Below, piece after piece: positions 49,211-62,365 of a DNA stretch of 64,000 nt (within the stretch, counting starts at the first letter, position 1; each line of letters opens with the position of its first letter). Source of the DNA: Hydrolagus colliei (taxonomy: Eukaryota). The stretch covers positions 3,534,001 through 3,598,000 of the forward strand of contig CM068757.1 of assembly GCA_035084275.1 (NCBI GenBank). Direction: 5' to 3'. The notes under the pieces were generated by a model. The model saw only the letters and a program-made list of their open reading frames with translations, did no database searches and was not told the DNA's origin. Made by a program: the position numbers and the translations under genes.

Positions 49211-52200
49211 ATTACTGTCAAATGCAGACTTTTTTAAGACTGTGCATGAATGTCACTGCCGAAGGAAATATTACCTGGATTATCAGAGAATTCAAATAAA
49301 CACCATGCCGAGAAGCAGAATTCCTTACGTTTTTGTTTAATTCCAAATAAATTATGATAATTTTCTACTTACTTCCCACGAGGCCAGATAATAGCATCAA
49401 ACAGCATGCTTTAAATTTTTTTTAAAAAAAACTAGGGTTTATATACAACTCTTACTACATTGAAACATCTCCAAACACTTTACAATAGTTACTGACAGGT
49501 ATAGTGATGAATCAGGAATACTCACTCATCACATGATAAAAGTTGGGTTACTTCTTCAAAACATTTCATTTAACCTTTTGATCTGGATTCCTCAAATCAA
49601 CTGCAATTTTAGTCCCCATCAATAGTTTCTGAGAAAGGCTAATGCGTGGACACAGTTGGAAATGGCTTAAGCAACTGTAAACAGAGAAACAAAGAATTCA
49701 TTCATTGTGACTGCCTTTTAAATGATTCAATGCCATTACTTTACTCATGTAAAAACTCATCCAAAACATAGAACAGAATTTCACTAACAACATTTGAAAT
49801 ACTGCTTATTCACTCAAAGTTAAAATAGACTTCCCAAAAGAACAAACTTTGAAATTAATATCAAAACTGAACTGTCACGCACATTGTGGGAGAGATTTTT
49901 TTGACCAGCAAAGTTCAAGTAAAATAAAGATTACTTTGTGTATGACTTTGGGAGCAGTTAATCATAGAATGAAATCATGCCCTAATTTAAATACCACTAT
50001 AATAAAGGACAGTTGATGCTGTATAATACGTCTGCAGAAGATTTTATAAATTATCATATTGTTCTACAAGCCTGGGAGGAAGATTCAGTGGAAAGGGAAT
50101 GAGTGTGAGTCACTGTACTGTAAAGCTCTGAATGTAATATTAAAGAAAATAAATATCAGAACCAAAAGGGCATTAACCAAGGAAATGAGACATAGAAGTG
50201 TAAGACACAAGATTATTACCACTGCACACAAATGGTAGGTCTTCAATTGTCTAGACGGTGGTCATGGTTTGTCATCTAGAAAACATTAACACTAGCAGCC
50301 TGGGCATTTACCAAGAATTCGACACGGCCTTATTAATCAAATAATAAGCCCCACGAATACAACATTAACATCTTCCAAATCGCTGGCCAGCCTCAACAGC
50401 TTTGCGCTACTAAAGACAAATGTTAGGTAAAATATTTATGGCAATCTATATTTGTACTGCAAATGGCTCGGGCTTATGTGGTATTTAACATTTTTGTTGT
50501 TGAACTCAAAGAATGGATTTGTCTCTGTGTGCTCATCATCTTACGTATATTTCAATCCTGAAGTGTCATGATACTCGTACACGGACCTGTGGCATGGGTA
50601 ACCTGGAGCTTATATTTTACAACGATTAAACATGCATGACACACATATACTAAATTAACGCCTGTAAATATTCAACACCTTGACGTGCTTGTTGGTATAT
50701 TTCGCCTGGAAAAATGTAACAGGAGCATTTGCAAATTCCCTTTGAATTAACCCAGCGATAACACATAAGTGTATTATGTCTAAGATGACATTAAGCCAAT
50801 TATTAGGGGAAGATCTCATTAAATTTAGTGCATTTGTTTTGTTGAAAAAAAGGATTAAATTCATATCCCTACAGTGAAGTGACTCACATACCTTATCATT
50901 CCCTGCAACCTTCCTCCTGGGTTCATAGAACAATGCAAGCATTTATTATAGCCCTTTGCAGACGTGTAACTCCAAGTCAATTTACAGAGTTGCAGATTGA
51001 ATTATCACAATTTGAATAGGCCCATGTTCATTCTTCTAGTCGTGCTATGGAGAGTGCCTGGCGTGACTTTGCTGATGTTGTTAACACTTTACGACAGAGA
51101 AAGGAGATAATTCTAGAGCAAGGTAGATTCTCTGAATCAAAAAAGGTTCAAATAATGAATCTGGCTTCGAGACAAAACCATTGTGTCAGTTGTTTTTGCT
51201 TAGAGAACGGATGGAATGTGGAATTCTTCTTCCACAAACTGTTCCCAAGAAAGAGCTCATCAATTATTTTAAAATTAAATCAGATAGTTGCTTGAAAAAG
51301 GGAAATATTAGAGAAATATTGGATAGCAAGGTGGAGAGTGGGATTAGATGGGTTTATGCAAAGAAACACACCATTAAATACATGGTCACAATTTTTCTTT
51401 ACACACACTTCAGAGTAAAAATCCTCCGGTTATGCTTTGAAACATTTCTACTGGGTAATAAGATGCTATCCCAAATGATAAGGCAAACAATGATTTAGTT
51501 TATTTACTGTTGGCAGAGTATTCAGTAAAGATATGTTTAAAAATAATTATGGTACGATTTAGATTTTTCCAGCACATGCACAAATCTTGATGGCATATAT
51601 TTACACTTCTTCAAATAGAACAAAACTTCACACTGATTGGAGCTCCTAACAGATGCTAGATGTAATTAATTCAATGTTGACTCAAATAAACTTGACACAT
51701 ACATTTATCTATAAATATGGTCCCAATTAAATATACCAAGTATAGTAGCAATGCATTCAAGACTCGGCACTACTGAAATATAGTATTGTAGAGTAATCTT
51801 CTTAAAGAAGCACTATTTTTGTGAGTTGCAAAAGATTATTTTGTTTCATTTTCTGAGATCTAGCCCCTTTATTCACTATAATGACATTCTCACATAAGCA
51901 ACATTGGCTTTGACGCTGATTTCTCTATCATGTCGCAATGTTGGGTGAGCAGAGAGGAAAATAAGCCTACCAAAATAACGACAGAGTTCTTTTAACTCTT
52001 GGAAAACAAATCTGGATCTTTGCAAAAACTGCAGTTTACTCTGAAATTTCATTTGAGAGATCAAACCGTTTATAGGATGCCGTTGTGTGCAATTCGCTGC
52101 CGTGTTTCACTCACAAGAACAGGTATGAGATATGTTTAATCTAATTAATGGGATTTCACCTGAAGTTTAAACTTCGCTGCAGTGTAAACAATGTGTAAAC

Positions 52201-52267
52201 AATTTTGGCCAATATATTAATATCTCCCAGTGTCAGCAAGAATATGAATGTTACTACAGTATAACTA

Positions 52268-52410
52268 CTACAACAACAACAACAAATTGCCATTGTATAG
52301 AGCCTTTCACATTGAGAGAATATCAATGTCCATGTCAAGAATGTGCACCCGAGCTGAGGATTCAGGTAGGGTGGAGGGTAGGGTTAGGGATAGGAGGATG
52401 GCCAAAGGCA
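52268..52410 (-). mobile_element. L2 3' fragment
   Basis: (caa)n...gagcctttcacatt and G-rich UTR. Confidence 0.7.
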
Positions 52411-52984
52411 CCATGATTATTATTATTAATTAGCACATTATGTACAGTAAAACCAATGTAAACGCCTATTTTATGATTTACCTGGTGACATAAAACGCAT
52501 TGTCTGTGAGAAACTTTTGCCATTTACCTCTCAGTGAATCAGTTTACTTCACCCTCATCACGGCTGAGTCAGAGAAAGGCTGAAATTGCAGCTTGAAACT
52601 CATTTGCTTGGGTTCCTCCTGTGGTTTATAATGTCATCAACGCCATTTGATTGATTGAATGTGGTCTTCAGAACATACTGAGAGCAATCTGGAATCCTGC
52701 ATGACTTGAGAGTGAATAAAATAGTGACATCTTTATGAACTAAATTAAAAATCTAAAACTCCAGATTCATTTTGAAACCTCAAACTTGCTCCAATTTGGA
52801 TTTGCTTTGTAGTAATCAAGTGGTAATGAGATCACCTCAGAGTGTTTCCTGCTAATATAAAAGCGTTACATCATCTTCTTGTTGAATTGATACCTATTAG
52901 GTTAAAAAGCTATTGACAGTTCCTAAATAACTTGGCTGATCCACAGAGATGTCACTAGCCTAGTTTTTCAGCTTTTTCAGCTCT

Positions 52985-53115
52985 CAGAAAAAATTCTAAC
53001 CGTTTATAGGATGCCGCTGTGTGCAATTTGCTGCCGTGTTTCACCCACAAGAACACACAGTCAATCCGCTTTACAATATCTTCTGTGAAGCAAAGCAAAG
53101 ATAATCATCATTATT
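52985..53115 (+). mobile_element. SINE body fragment
   Basis: gctgtgtgcaatttgctgccgtgtttcacccacaag...cagtcaatccgctttac. Confidence 0.75.
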
Positions 53116-54881
53116 ACGGTATATATTGTTCAATATGTTTTAACTTCGTATTTTTTTCTACAATATGTTTTAAAATGAACATTTATGCCAATTTCTTCCT
53201 TCTCCTGGCTCTCATTGGCCATTTTATAAACACTGGAATTTGTATTTCACTATTTCTTCCGTAAATATCATACTGGGTACTGTTTCTGCAACATTTGGAA
53301 GCAGGAAAGAACTCTCATGACTGTGCCATCAGCTATTCCCTTACAAATGCCAGTAACCACTGCACCGCAGTTGACGTGCTCATTTATACAAGTAATCAGC
53401 TTATCTTCTCTGCTTGACCCGTACTGTCAGACTATCATCTGTAATAATTATTTGATATCAAAGACATTTTTCACCCGGGTTCAACGACAGGTCACTCACA
53501 ATACTGCAGGAAACATGAGATGATAAAGTTGGAAGAGTTAGATTTATGGAAATACACTTGTGTTTAGCCAAATTACCTGGGGCATTTAACAATTAATTGT
53601 CCGTATTCAATAAACGTTGAGTTTGTCGAAAGAAAAACATGCTTCAATGCTTCCTATTGAAGCATTACAAGGGGTGTGTGGGACTTCCATTTTTGTTCAG
53701 TACGATATAAATAAAATGTGAATTTGAGAAAATGTCAGTGAATGTACATTTACAGCATCATCCAGAAGTGATTGAAAATGAAGGAACTTACACTACACTT
53801 TCTTATTGGATTTCTGAAGAGCAGCTAAAATATTCCCATTATTTGACCCAAACTGTATTATGTTAAAGTGCAGTAGAGTTCTTGCTGCAAATATATTTTA
53901 CTGTTTATATATTGTTAACATTATTCGTTCTGGGTTTGATCAATATTCATTTATTTTCTTTTTTCCAGCAGCACATTGCATGCCAACTTTTAAAGGAATA
54001 TATAGGATATAAAATAATTGCAAGTGAACTCTTTATGGCGTGATGTATGACTGGAACGGGTGCAATAAAAAATAATTGAATCAGGAAGTAGGCGGCAGAG
54101 TGGGTTAGAAAACCATTGTAAAAAGCCTTCTGTCACCTCTGGAAACCTTGTTCTGACTGTATTCAACCAAATTGAGATGACAAAGTTTACCGTACAGATC
54201 TTCTCTGAACTTGGTAACTTTTGGAGTCGTGAGGAAAATGTCTTATTTTAAAAGCGGACAATAAGACATGAATTCCTTTCATTCTTGTTCAAAAGAACTA
54301 GGTAGTCATATACACCTCCACACATCATTTCACGCAAATACCTGCTAATGGAGTATTTTTCTTACCTTTGATGAGTGAAAGCTATGAGTTAATGGGCAAC
54401 CTTCACCCCTGGACTGGACTGGATTCAAACCCTTAGTTCTGAAGTGAAAGTGGACTGTGCCAATCAATCTTGTTAGTAAGACACAGTTATCTGAAGTGCT
54501 TTGAGACATCCTCAAAGTAAAAGACTGAAAGTGTACTTAATTTTTTGTTGTTGAATTAACCTTTTGTTTTTTTTATCAAAATTATATTGAGCTTGTAAAG
54601 TCACAATTTGCTTCGACTCTTTGTGATTCCCTCTCCCCTTCCCTTTTCCTGATGTAAATACCAAGATTTGGCAAAAAAATATATTTGAACCGCTTCCCAT
54701 TTGTGCCGTACCACAACTTTGTTTCTCAATTTTCTGCTACAACACAATTAGTTTTGAAGCAGTTCTGCGGGAAGACAATCAACTCCCCATGTTAATTTCA
54801 TTTGAATGCATAATAACCACATGCGAACGATGAGTGGCCCTTATTTAAATGTGCACCCTCGACGGGAATCATTCCAAAACG

Positions 54882-55180
54882 ATGACTGAAACAGAAGCAA
54901 CTGCTGAGAGATACTGAAAATCTGTGATGTGAAGTCAACCTCCTGGTTGAGGAGGTGACAAAAATTAAAATAAACATTTTGGCACTCAAAACAGGACACC
55001 ACTCTCGTATGGAAGTTAGCAGTAATTGCAAGCAAAATCATTGCACTTTCCCCAGATTAACAATAAGAGGGTAAATATTGGAGGAGGAACTTTAATGATA
55101 TCCACATCAATAAATTGTGAGAAGGATAATGGGTAACTACAGAGAACACCACAAAACTGCCAAACCAGGGGGCATTGAGG
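54882..55180 (+). pseudogene. Decayed Harbinger Myb/SANT-like DNA-binding protein gene
   Basis: Frameshifted pieces EVNLLVEEV (54931), VWKLAVIASKIIALS, WRRNFNDI (~55080-55102), NYREHHKT..GG match the NAIF1/TSNARE1/Harbinger Myb layout. Confidence 0.7.
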
Positions 55181-55367
55181 GGAGCAGATGATATGTGGGA
55201 GCTGGACAGGAAGCCAAGATGATCAATGCTAGGATGGAAACAGAAATACTGATCTGTCTGAATAAGTGCATGAGTTACAGAACCTTACTGTGTTTGGTTG
55301 GGTAATCGTACAAATTTGAAATGTATATTAACCTTTTAATGGTTGTTCTGCAAGTGTGTCACTTGTA

Positions 55368-55434
55368 CACAACAACAACAAAATTACATTTGTACACTGC
55401 CTTTCGTGTCAGGAGGAAGTCCCAATTGGCGCTG
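55368..55434 (-). mobile_element. Short L2 3' end
   Basis: (caa)n aattacatttgtacactgcctttcgtgtcaggagg. Confidence 0.8.
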
Positions 55435-55892
55435 AATCAGCCCAGCTGCCCTTTCCAACAAGTATCTACTTTATCATTTGGAACAGCTACCAAAGTTAAA
55501 TAGAGAATGACAAACATACAATCTAACATACTGCACAGATCTGGTAAAACTAAGGATAACATTGCAGACATGACCAGATCAATCACCTAAAGTCCATAGG
55601 CAATTTGTTAACGTTTTGTTTCATTGCCTTGTAGGTAGAGCAATACATCAAGCCTAAACTTGATTCCACATCCATTTGTTGATTTAGAGGAAGAATTATG
55701 AGGTCAGTGCTCAGTTCCTACCTTTATTTGGTAAATAAACTAGATGTGTAACCTAGTGATAAATGGATTACTGAGCTTGTCAAGTTGAAGGGCATCATTG
55801 TTGGAAATGGACCACTTATTGAGGTAGGGTCAACACTGCAAACCCAGCATATGTACAACAGTGAGTTTATAGAGGTCTGTGTCTGCCTCAGT

Positions 55893-56048
55893 AACAACAA
55901 CAAAATACAACAACAACAAAATTACATTTATAGGGCGCCTTTCACATCCGGAGGATGTCCCAAGGCGCTGAAATAATAATACTAGAATAATAATAATACT
56001 TGCATTTGATATAGCGCCTTATCACGTCTTCGAGAAGTCTCAAAGCAT
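55893..56048 (-). mobile_element. Short L2 3' end (55893-55970) adjoining SINE tail (55973-56048)
   Basis: ggcgcctttcacatccggaggatgtcccaaggcgctg then taataat..cttgcatttgatatagcgccttatcacgtc. Confidence 0.85.
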
Positions 56049-56212
56049 CTATTACCACCAGCCCAGAAGGTCAACCCATATTAAACCAGAATAAGTCTTT
56101 TCACTTCCAATACATTCATGTTAATAGCCCAGCAAAATATAATTGTCATTTGTTCACATATGTCCACAATTATATGGACAGCATTGTGCTGCTAATCCAT
56201 GGTATGCCGTGG

Positions 56213-56558
56213 GGTCCTGGTTAGACCACTTGTCTCACAAGTTACAAACCCAGGTCCAATTCCAGGCAGGCCGAAACATTGGGCAACTTTCCTTACTCCA
56301 CACGTCTCTGTTTACCTTACAGTAGGTAGGGACCTGGTTGTCAGTCAATTGGCGGATCACTTTTCTGAGGGTAATAATTCCTTCCGAAAAAAATTGGTCA
56401 CTCAATCCACACTTGTTTGTGCTGAGTGCAGTCGGCTGCCACGTTTCACTCACAAAATATACAGTCAATTAACTTTGCAGTATATTCTGTGAGGAGCTTT
56501 GAGACTTCTCGGAGACATGATAAGGCGCTATATAGCAAAGCAAGAATTATTATTATTA
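56213..56558 (+). mobile_element. Full-length diverged tRNA SINE with extra internal segment
   Basis: ggttagaccacttgtctcacaag head, ~60 nt extra at ~56305-56365, body and tta tail. Confidence 0.8.
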
Positions 56559-56844
56559 GGTATAGGGTTGAAACTCCCCAGTGTATGCGTCACATGTTAG
56601 ATTCTGACGACCTACAGTGAGAGGGGATTTGTACTTCATGAGCTGGATTTCTACCCAAATCCTTGAGGTGAAAGGCTGGTTCACCAGCTCACTCTGCCAC
56701 CCACCTTCCTACAGTTGTTTTTTAAAAACGTCATCTCTTACAGGAGAGAGAATGCACCTCTCCCCACAAACACCCACTTGTATCTTCCGTTTCCTGAGGA
56801 AAGGATATAGACAGTTTGAAGGATTTGATTAATGATAATTAAAC

Positions 56845-57290
56845 AACGCATGGCACAATTATATTGTGGGTGTCACAAATTGCCTCCAATGAAATTGCTT
56901 CCGATCGCACTGACTTAAACTCAGCAAAAGAGTTGACAGTTCAAATGCGTGCAATCAATTGCACCCAGGCACTTGGAAAACCAGCAATACTGCATTATAA
57001 AACACTTGCGTAAATTGCTCTTGTTCCTCCTGGGTCACAATGAAGCCAATGTAACGACCTGCACAATTAATCAATGTAGCTGTCATCTTCAAGTACACAT
57101 GATGGATGGGCTAATGCTTGTTGGGTCACAGCTAAAGGCCTGGAAAGTATCAATGCCATACAATCTGAGCACTGCGGTCACTTTCACAGCTGCCAGCAGA
57201 GCGAGGCTATCTAGAGATACATTCCAAATCCCCGTACAAAATTCTACACATATCGCAGATCATCTGCATTTTCAGTCTGAATGTCTGTAA
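56845..57290 (-). pseudogene. Decayed PIF/Harbinger (HARBI1-like) DDE transposase, N-terminal half
   Basis: Minus strand: FRLKMQMICDMCRILYGDL; LAAVKVTAVLRLYGIDTFQ; GRYIGF; IAGFPS/LGAIDCTH (56988-56945); ISLEAICD; with stops and frameshifts. Confidence 0.85.
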
Positions 57291-57879
57291 TATTGTCTGC
57301 AGATGGAACCAGCAAATTTTGCAAGGAGCTCTTGGGAAAGAACAAAGGATTTGTGTTCCCTTTCGCCTCGCTTCCACATTCTCCCCATTGCTGTCTCCTC
57401 ATTTTCCTTACTTCCTCTCTTTTTCCTCTGCTTTATTCTCTGTGTTGCTTGTCCCACTTCTATATCCCCCCTGATCTCTCGCCCCTCATTCTCTCTGCTT
57501 CTCTTTGGCTTTTCATCCACCCACAATGAGCCTGTTGCATTGGGAATACTGTAGCATTTTGACTCATCGCGATTTATGAGGTTTGTTCGCCAAACTGCAA
57601 AGTCTGATTTTGATTACATTTGGAAATGTACCTCGCTTTCTTCAGTTTGGGGCATAGTCTTAAAATCAGACGAGTGTCTTAAAATCAAGAGAGGAACAAT
57701 GGAGGGGGAGATTATCTGGAAGAGTGAGCAATTTAATTCATTTTCATGCATTACCTTATTCAAACTGAGTACCAAAATAGTACAATTTTGCATTATTTCC
57801 GGATGATAATCAGTATTCTTTTGTACTCTTCAAAGAGGCAGAACACATTTTAAACGATGAGATTCTCAAGTGTATGCAT

Positions 57880-58015
57880 GAGGTAGCTTACATAAGAGAC
57901 CGAGGTTCAGAAAGGCATGGAAGAGGCGATTAGGAGGGATGGGGGCCTTTATAGTGTATAAGCACAGACACAGACTAGTTTGGCTGAATGGCCTTTTTGA
58001 TTGTTGTACAGTCTA
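57880..58015 (+). mobile_element. CR1 3' UTR fragment
   Basis: gcacagacacagactagtttggctgaatggcct...tctatgt. Confidence 0.55.
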
Positions 58016-59934
58016 TGTGTAATTAATGGTGCCTGGAAAGACGTGACAGAGAGCAAGAGGCAAGGTTCTGTTGCACAAAGGCAATCCTTAAATATCTTAA
58101 GCAGCTTAGTGCTGATTGAAAAATTCTCCAACCAAATGCTGGGGGAAAAAAAACGCTTGCTGCTAGCCCTCCGCAGTCTAAGATTCATACATTTCATTTT
58201 GCCCAACTTCAAGATTTAAAAAGTTCACACACGAATTAGGAACAGATACAATTATTCTGAGAATCTAGTCATACATATGTATTAAAGTTGTCATGGAAAC
58301 ATCATGACTAGATCATCTTTGAATTCAGTCAGACCGATCCCTTTGAGACTCAGCATATGTGCGTAATAAAATTAGTAGCATGAACGTAAATCATCACTAC
58401 TGAGGTTGCACATTGATGGAACCCATATACTGCATGTTCAACGATTAATGTAACACTGCATTGGAATGAAAACACTTGCTCGCAAGCTAATGATATGTGA
58501 ACTATACATGGCCCCATCATTATTCACACGCGTTCAATTAATAAGCATCTGCTTCTTATTTTGCTCTACTCAAGGATTCTCTACAGTGCGTTTATAATCT
58601 TTCAATACAACAAACTGTTACTCTTCTCACCCCCCAAAATGTCCTTGGTGCTATTTTTACTGTCGCTGCAACCTAGGAACACTAAACGTAGAATGTTAAT
58701 TGGATAATACTGCTACGTGGGTTAGAAATTTGGAAACAACAGAATACAATTGGCTATGGTACGCTGTTGGGAGACGAGTTAATATCTCAGTACATGAACC
58801 ATTATAGTATGTAGACTATGCTGCTATTGTAAGTTCAATACTTATGCCTAACGTTTGAGCATCTTTTGTTTCCTTCTTTTTTTCTTTACGTTTGATCAGG
58901 AGAACAGAGCTCTCTGAAGAAGAGCGTGAAATGTTGCTCTTTAAGAACCTGATTTCCTCTGCAGCTTTCAAAATAAATCTACGTCCTCTACCCGTATGTG
59001 TGTCAGCACCATTCTTCTCCCGACTCTAGAATGGGCACAGCTGTGCTCACATTTTACTGTGCCTGCCAGACGTATCATGTGTGATGGCTCAGTGGTGGGT
59101 GAGTGGGTGGGTGGATGGGTAGAGGGGGATTTGACAAATTGGTTTTCATCTACGATGGAGCAAGACTCCACACATTAGCCTTAATGAGAAAACAGTCTAT
59201 AAACTCAGAGGATGGATGGTTTTTTGCCTGTCTGGGATATACTTAAATTGGGACTAGACCACATAGAAGCTGTGTAAATGGGCCTGTAAAACATCAAGCT
59301 CTGTGCACAAGCTCCAATTGAGAATTAGGATGTTAGAATACAATACACATGTATATAGCGGCTTTCACACCAGGAGGACGTTCCAAAATACTTGACATTC
59401 TGGCTGGGCAACTGAGCTGGAGGTGAGAGTTGAGGAAATAAGCGAGCAATAACAAAATACACGGTTCAGTGGTGATAAGCATCAAACCAGCAGCCTAGTA
59501 AACTTCGGAGAATGGAAAGATGTGTCTTCACGGCAAACACACTCCATTTCATCCTGTAAACGAGGCAAAAGAGTTCAGATAACAGCGAGTTGAAGCCAGC
59601 AAGCTTAGATGATCCTAAATTGTCTCCTGAGATTTAACACTTGTAACTGCTAATAACTGTACATATTTCAGTCTTTCACATCCCAATTCAAAATGTGCGT
59701 GAAATTGAATGAAATAATGTTCCGACTAGTATTTCACTACTGTTTATTTCTCACCAATGTGCTGCCCTCTCTCGCCCTCTGTTGTGGATGCCGATTGACT
59801 TACTCACACTAAAGGGTAACAGGATTAGCAAACAGCGAGTTCATCAATAGCACTGGTCAGTGCTCTTTCAACCCGTTTCGAGAGAACTCCATAGCAAGAG
59901 ATGAGTGAAAAAGACTGGGCAGAGTCAAGACTAA

Positions 59935-60055
59935 TTTACTCTTTTTAATCATCCTTGCCATTGATATAGCACCTTTTCGCCCTCTTCTAGACATCTCAAA
60001 ACGCTTCACAGAATATACTGCAAAGTGAATTGACTGTATATAGTTTTGTGAGCAG
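59935..60055 (-). mobile_element. SINE 3' fragment
   Basis: atccttgccattgatatagcacc...cttcacagaatatactgcaaagtgaattgactgtata. Confidence 0.85.
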
Positions 60056-60959
60056 TATTACGGTGAGAAGAAAGGGCTAAATCAAGCGAAGTGGTCAAAT
60101 TTTAAATTTCTCCAATATTACCTCTTATCCTTTTAATGGTTCACCAGTGAGACAGAAAACTGCAAGTGATTTCTGTAGCTGTCCCCACTGAAAGTGGAAG
60201 TTGGACCTAAATGACTCACTTCACTACCAGGAGAAATGCACTGCGTCACAAATCTTTCCTCTCATTGCAAACAAGACGAGATTGATGGTTAATTGTCCGG
60301 GTCATAATGAAAAACCCATCCACTTATTAATCATGGGGGTCGTTATATTCATACATAAACCTGTACCCTCCCAAATAATGTTTGCCAATTACCTGTATTA
60401 AAAATCATGGCAATATGTTATTTTGCAAACGACGTATCATAATCTAATGGCCTCACTGATGTTGGGAAGTCTGTAACAGAGCAATTACTGGAAACAAGAC
60501 AAAACACCCACAGGTGATCCAAATGACTTGTGAGCTCGTGGGTGTTGTGTTGCGTGCAGTCACCAGAAAATGTAGTTAATGTTATCCTCGGCAACAAATT
60601 GCACGAATAATTTCACAGAATGCATGAAGATTGATTTACCGTATCAAAATCATCAGGCTGATATGATCTATTGTTTGAAAGAGTGTTTTAAAAAACCGCC
60701 TGACATTTTCAAGGTGAAGTTATGATGAGCTGCGGTGACAGCTGGAAGCAAATTCTTCAAGGGCTGAACGTTTAGAATATCAGTGTTATCACGACTGAAA
60801 CCTCAGAGGTATCGTAGCAAGCGAACACGAAGTGCAGTGGAATCACGATGATAGACTGAAGGAGAGCCAAAGAGTTGTTTATCAGACTGTTTATTATTTG
60901 TGAAATTGACTGCATTATTATGATATCCTTGAGTTGAAGACAACCTAAATTTTCTTCAA

Positions 60960-61480
60960 CTTCTCACTTTATTGAACATTCCCAATCAGCTTACTGCAGA
61001 GTGGAGTGAATGCACAATTGTACACAAATGCATCGCAGTGCCACAAACAGCAATCAAGTGAATGACCAATGTTTATCTTTGGGATTCTTTTGCCAGGATA
61101 CAAGGAGAAACTTCCTTGTCTTTTTGAGTACTGCCATGGTTTCTTTTACCCCCATCTAACTAGGCAATCCTTGTTTCGTGTCAACCCAAACGTAAGCATG
61201 ATCAGCAAAAGCCTCCCGATGGATAACAGTCTGATGATAATGTAAACTTGCTTGAATGTATTCTGCTATTTGTTTGTGGGGGTAAGATTCGATAGTGCTG
61301 GAAAAATATAAATGAAACTAAGATCATTGTTAAATCAACACGCAGCTCCCCACCAGCACTGCATTGGAGTGGAAGCCTTGCCCTTACCTCAAAGGCCCGA
61401 CATGACTTAGCACACATCGAACTCACCAACTTCCAATTCAGAGGCAAGAGTGTTACCAACTGAGCCAGGCTGACACCTGA
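60960..61480 (-). mobile_element. Old DeuSINE-like copy, interrupted
   Basis: Body ccacaaacagcaat..gaatgacca, Deu part ccaggatacaagg..tgccatgg, head ttcagaggcaagagtgttaccaactgagccaggctgacac. Confidence 0.65.
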
Positions 61481-62152
61481 AATGTGGTGGGTGGGTGGGT
61501 GGGTGCTAGGAACTTTCGATGTACACTACATTCAAACGTGTGCCTTTTTCACCGATTATTGTAATTGGATCTCAAACCCCCATTCCCTGATCTCTAATTA
61601 TACAAATCGGTTACCGCTCATGTTGGAAACATCAGGACACCCTGTGACAAAATGAAACTTCTCAGGAAACAAGTTTGAAGTAATCATTACTCACGCTGGG
61701 AGTGGGCAGAATCATTATAAATGTCCGTTCGCAAACAAAAGTTCAGAGTCCAAAAAATCAATATTCTGAGCAGGGTTTTGACAGCGATCCACGGTGTTTA
61801 TATTGATTCAATAATGATCTTATTTTCATTTTACATTTTTCAAGCATTATGGAATCTTACCCCACCCCCCACCCCCCCAAAAAAGCAGAATACATTCAAC
61901 CAAGTTAACATTACAGTATCAGCATCCTGCTATTCACTGCAAATTTCTCTGTGGGGAGGATTTTGCTCTCCATGTTGTGCTCTTTACCTAAACAAATGTA
62001 AAAGTCTATTAATACCTAAATCAATTTATAAATAACAGCTCTCGTATGCAGGGGTTTGCTGCTGGGATTCTTTCATGAGACAATCGAGAGACAATATCTT
62101 CTAGCATTTGGATATATGTCATGCCTACATACAGGAACTCCACTGTGAAAGT

Positions 62153-62365
62153 AATATAAATAGTAATCTTTGCATTTGATGTAGCGTCTCTGATGCTGAA
62201 TGGACGTCTCAAAGTGCTTCATGAGACACAACTGTAAAGTGAAGTGGCTGAGTATTTTGTAGGCAAACATGACAGCCAATTGGGTGTAGCAATACTTCAC
62301 AAACAGCTATGAACGTTCTGACTCAGAGAGGCCAGAGTCCTACCAACTGAGGCAGACTGACACCT
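62153..62365 (-). mobile_element. DeuSINE-like copy with large internal deletion
   Basis: Tail and body joined directly to head ctgactcagagaggccagagtcctaccaactgag. Confidence 0.75.
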
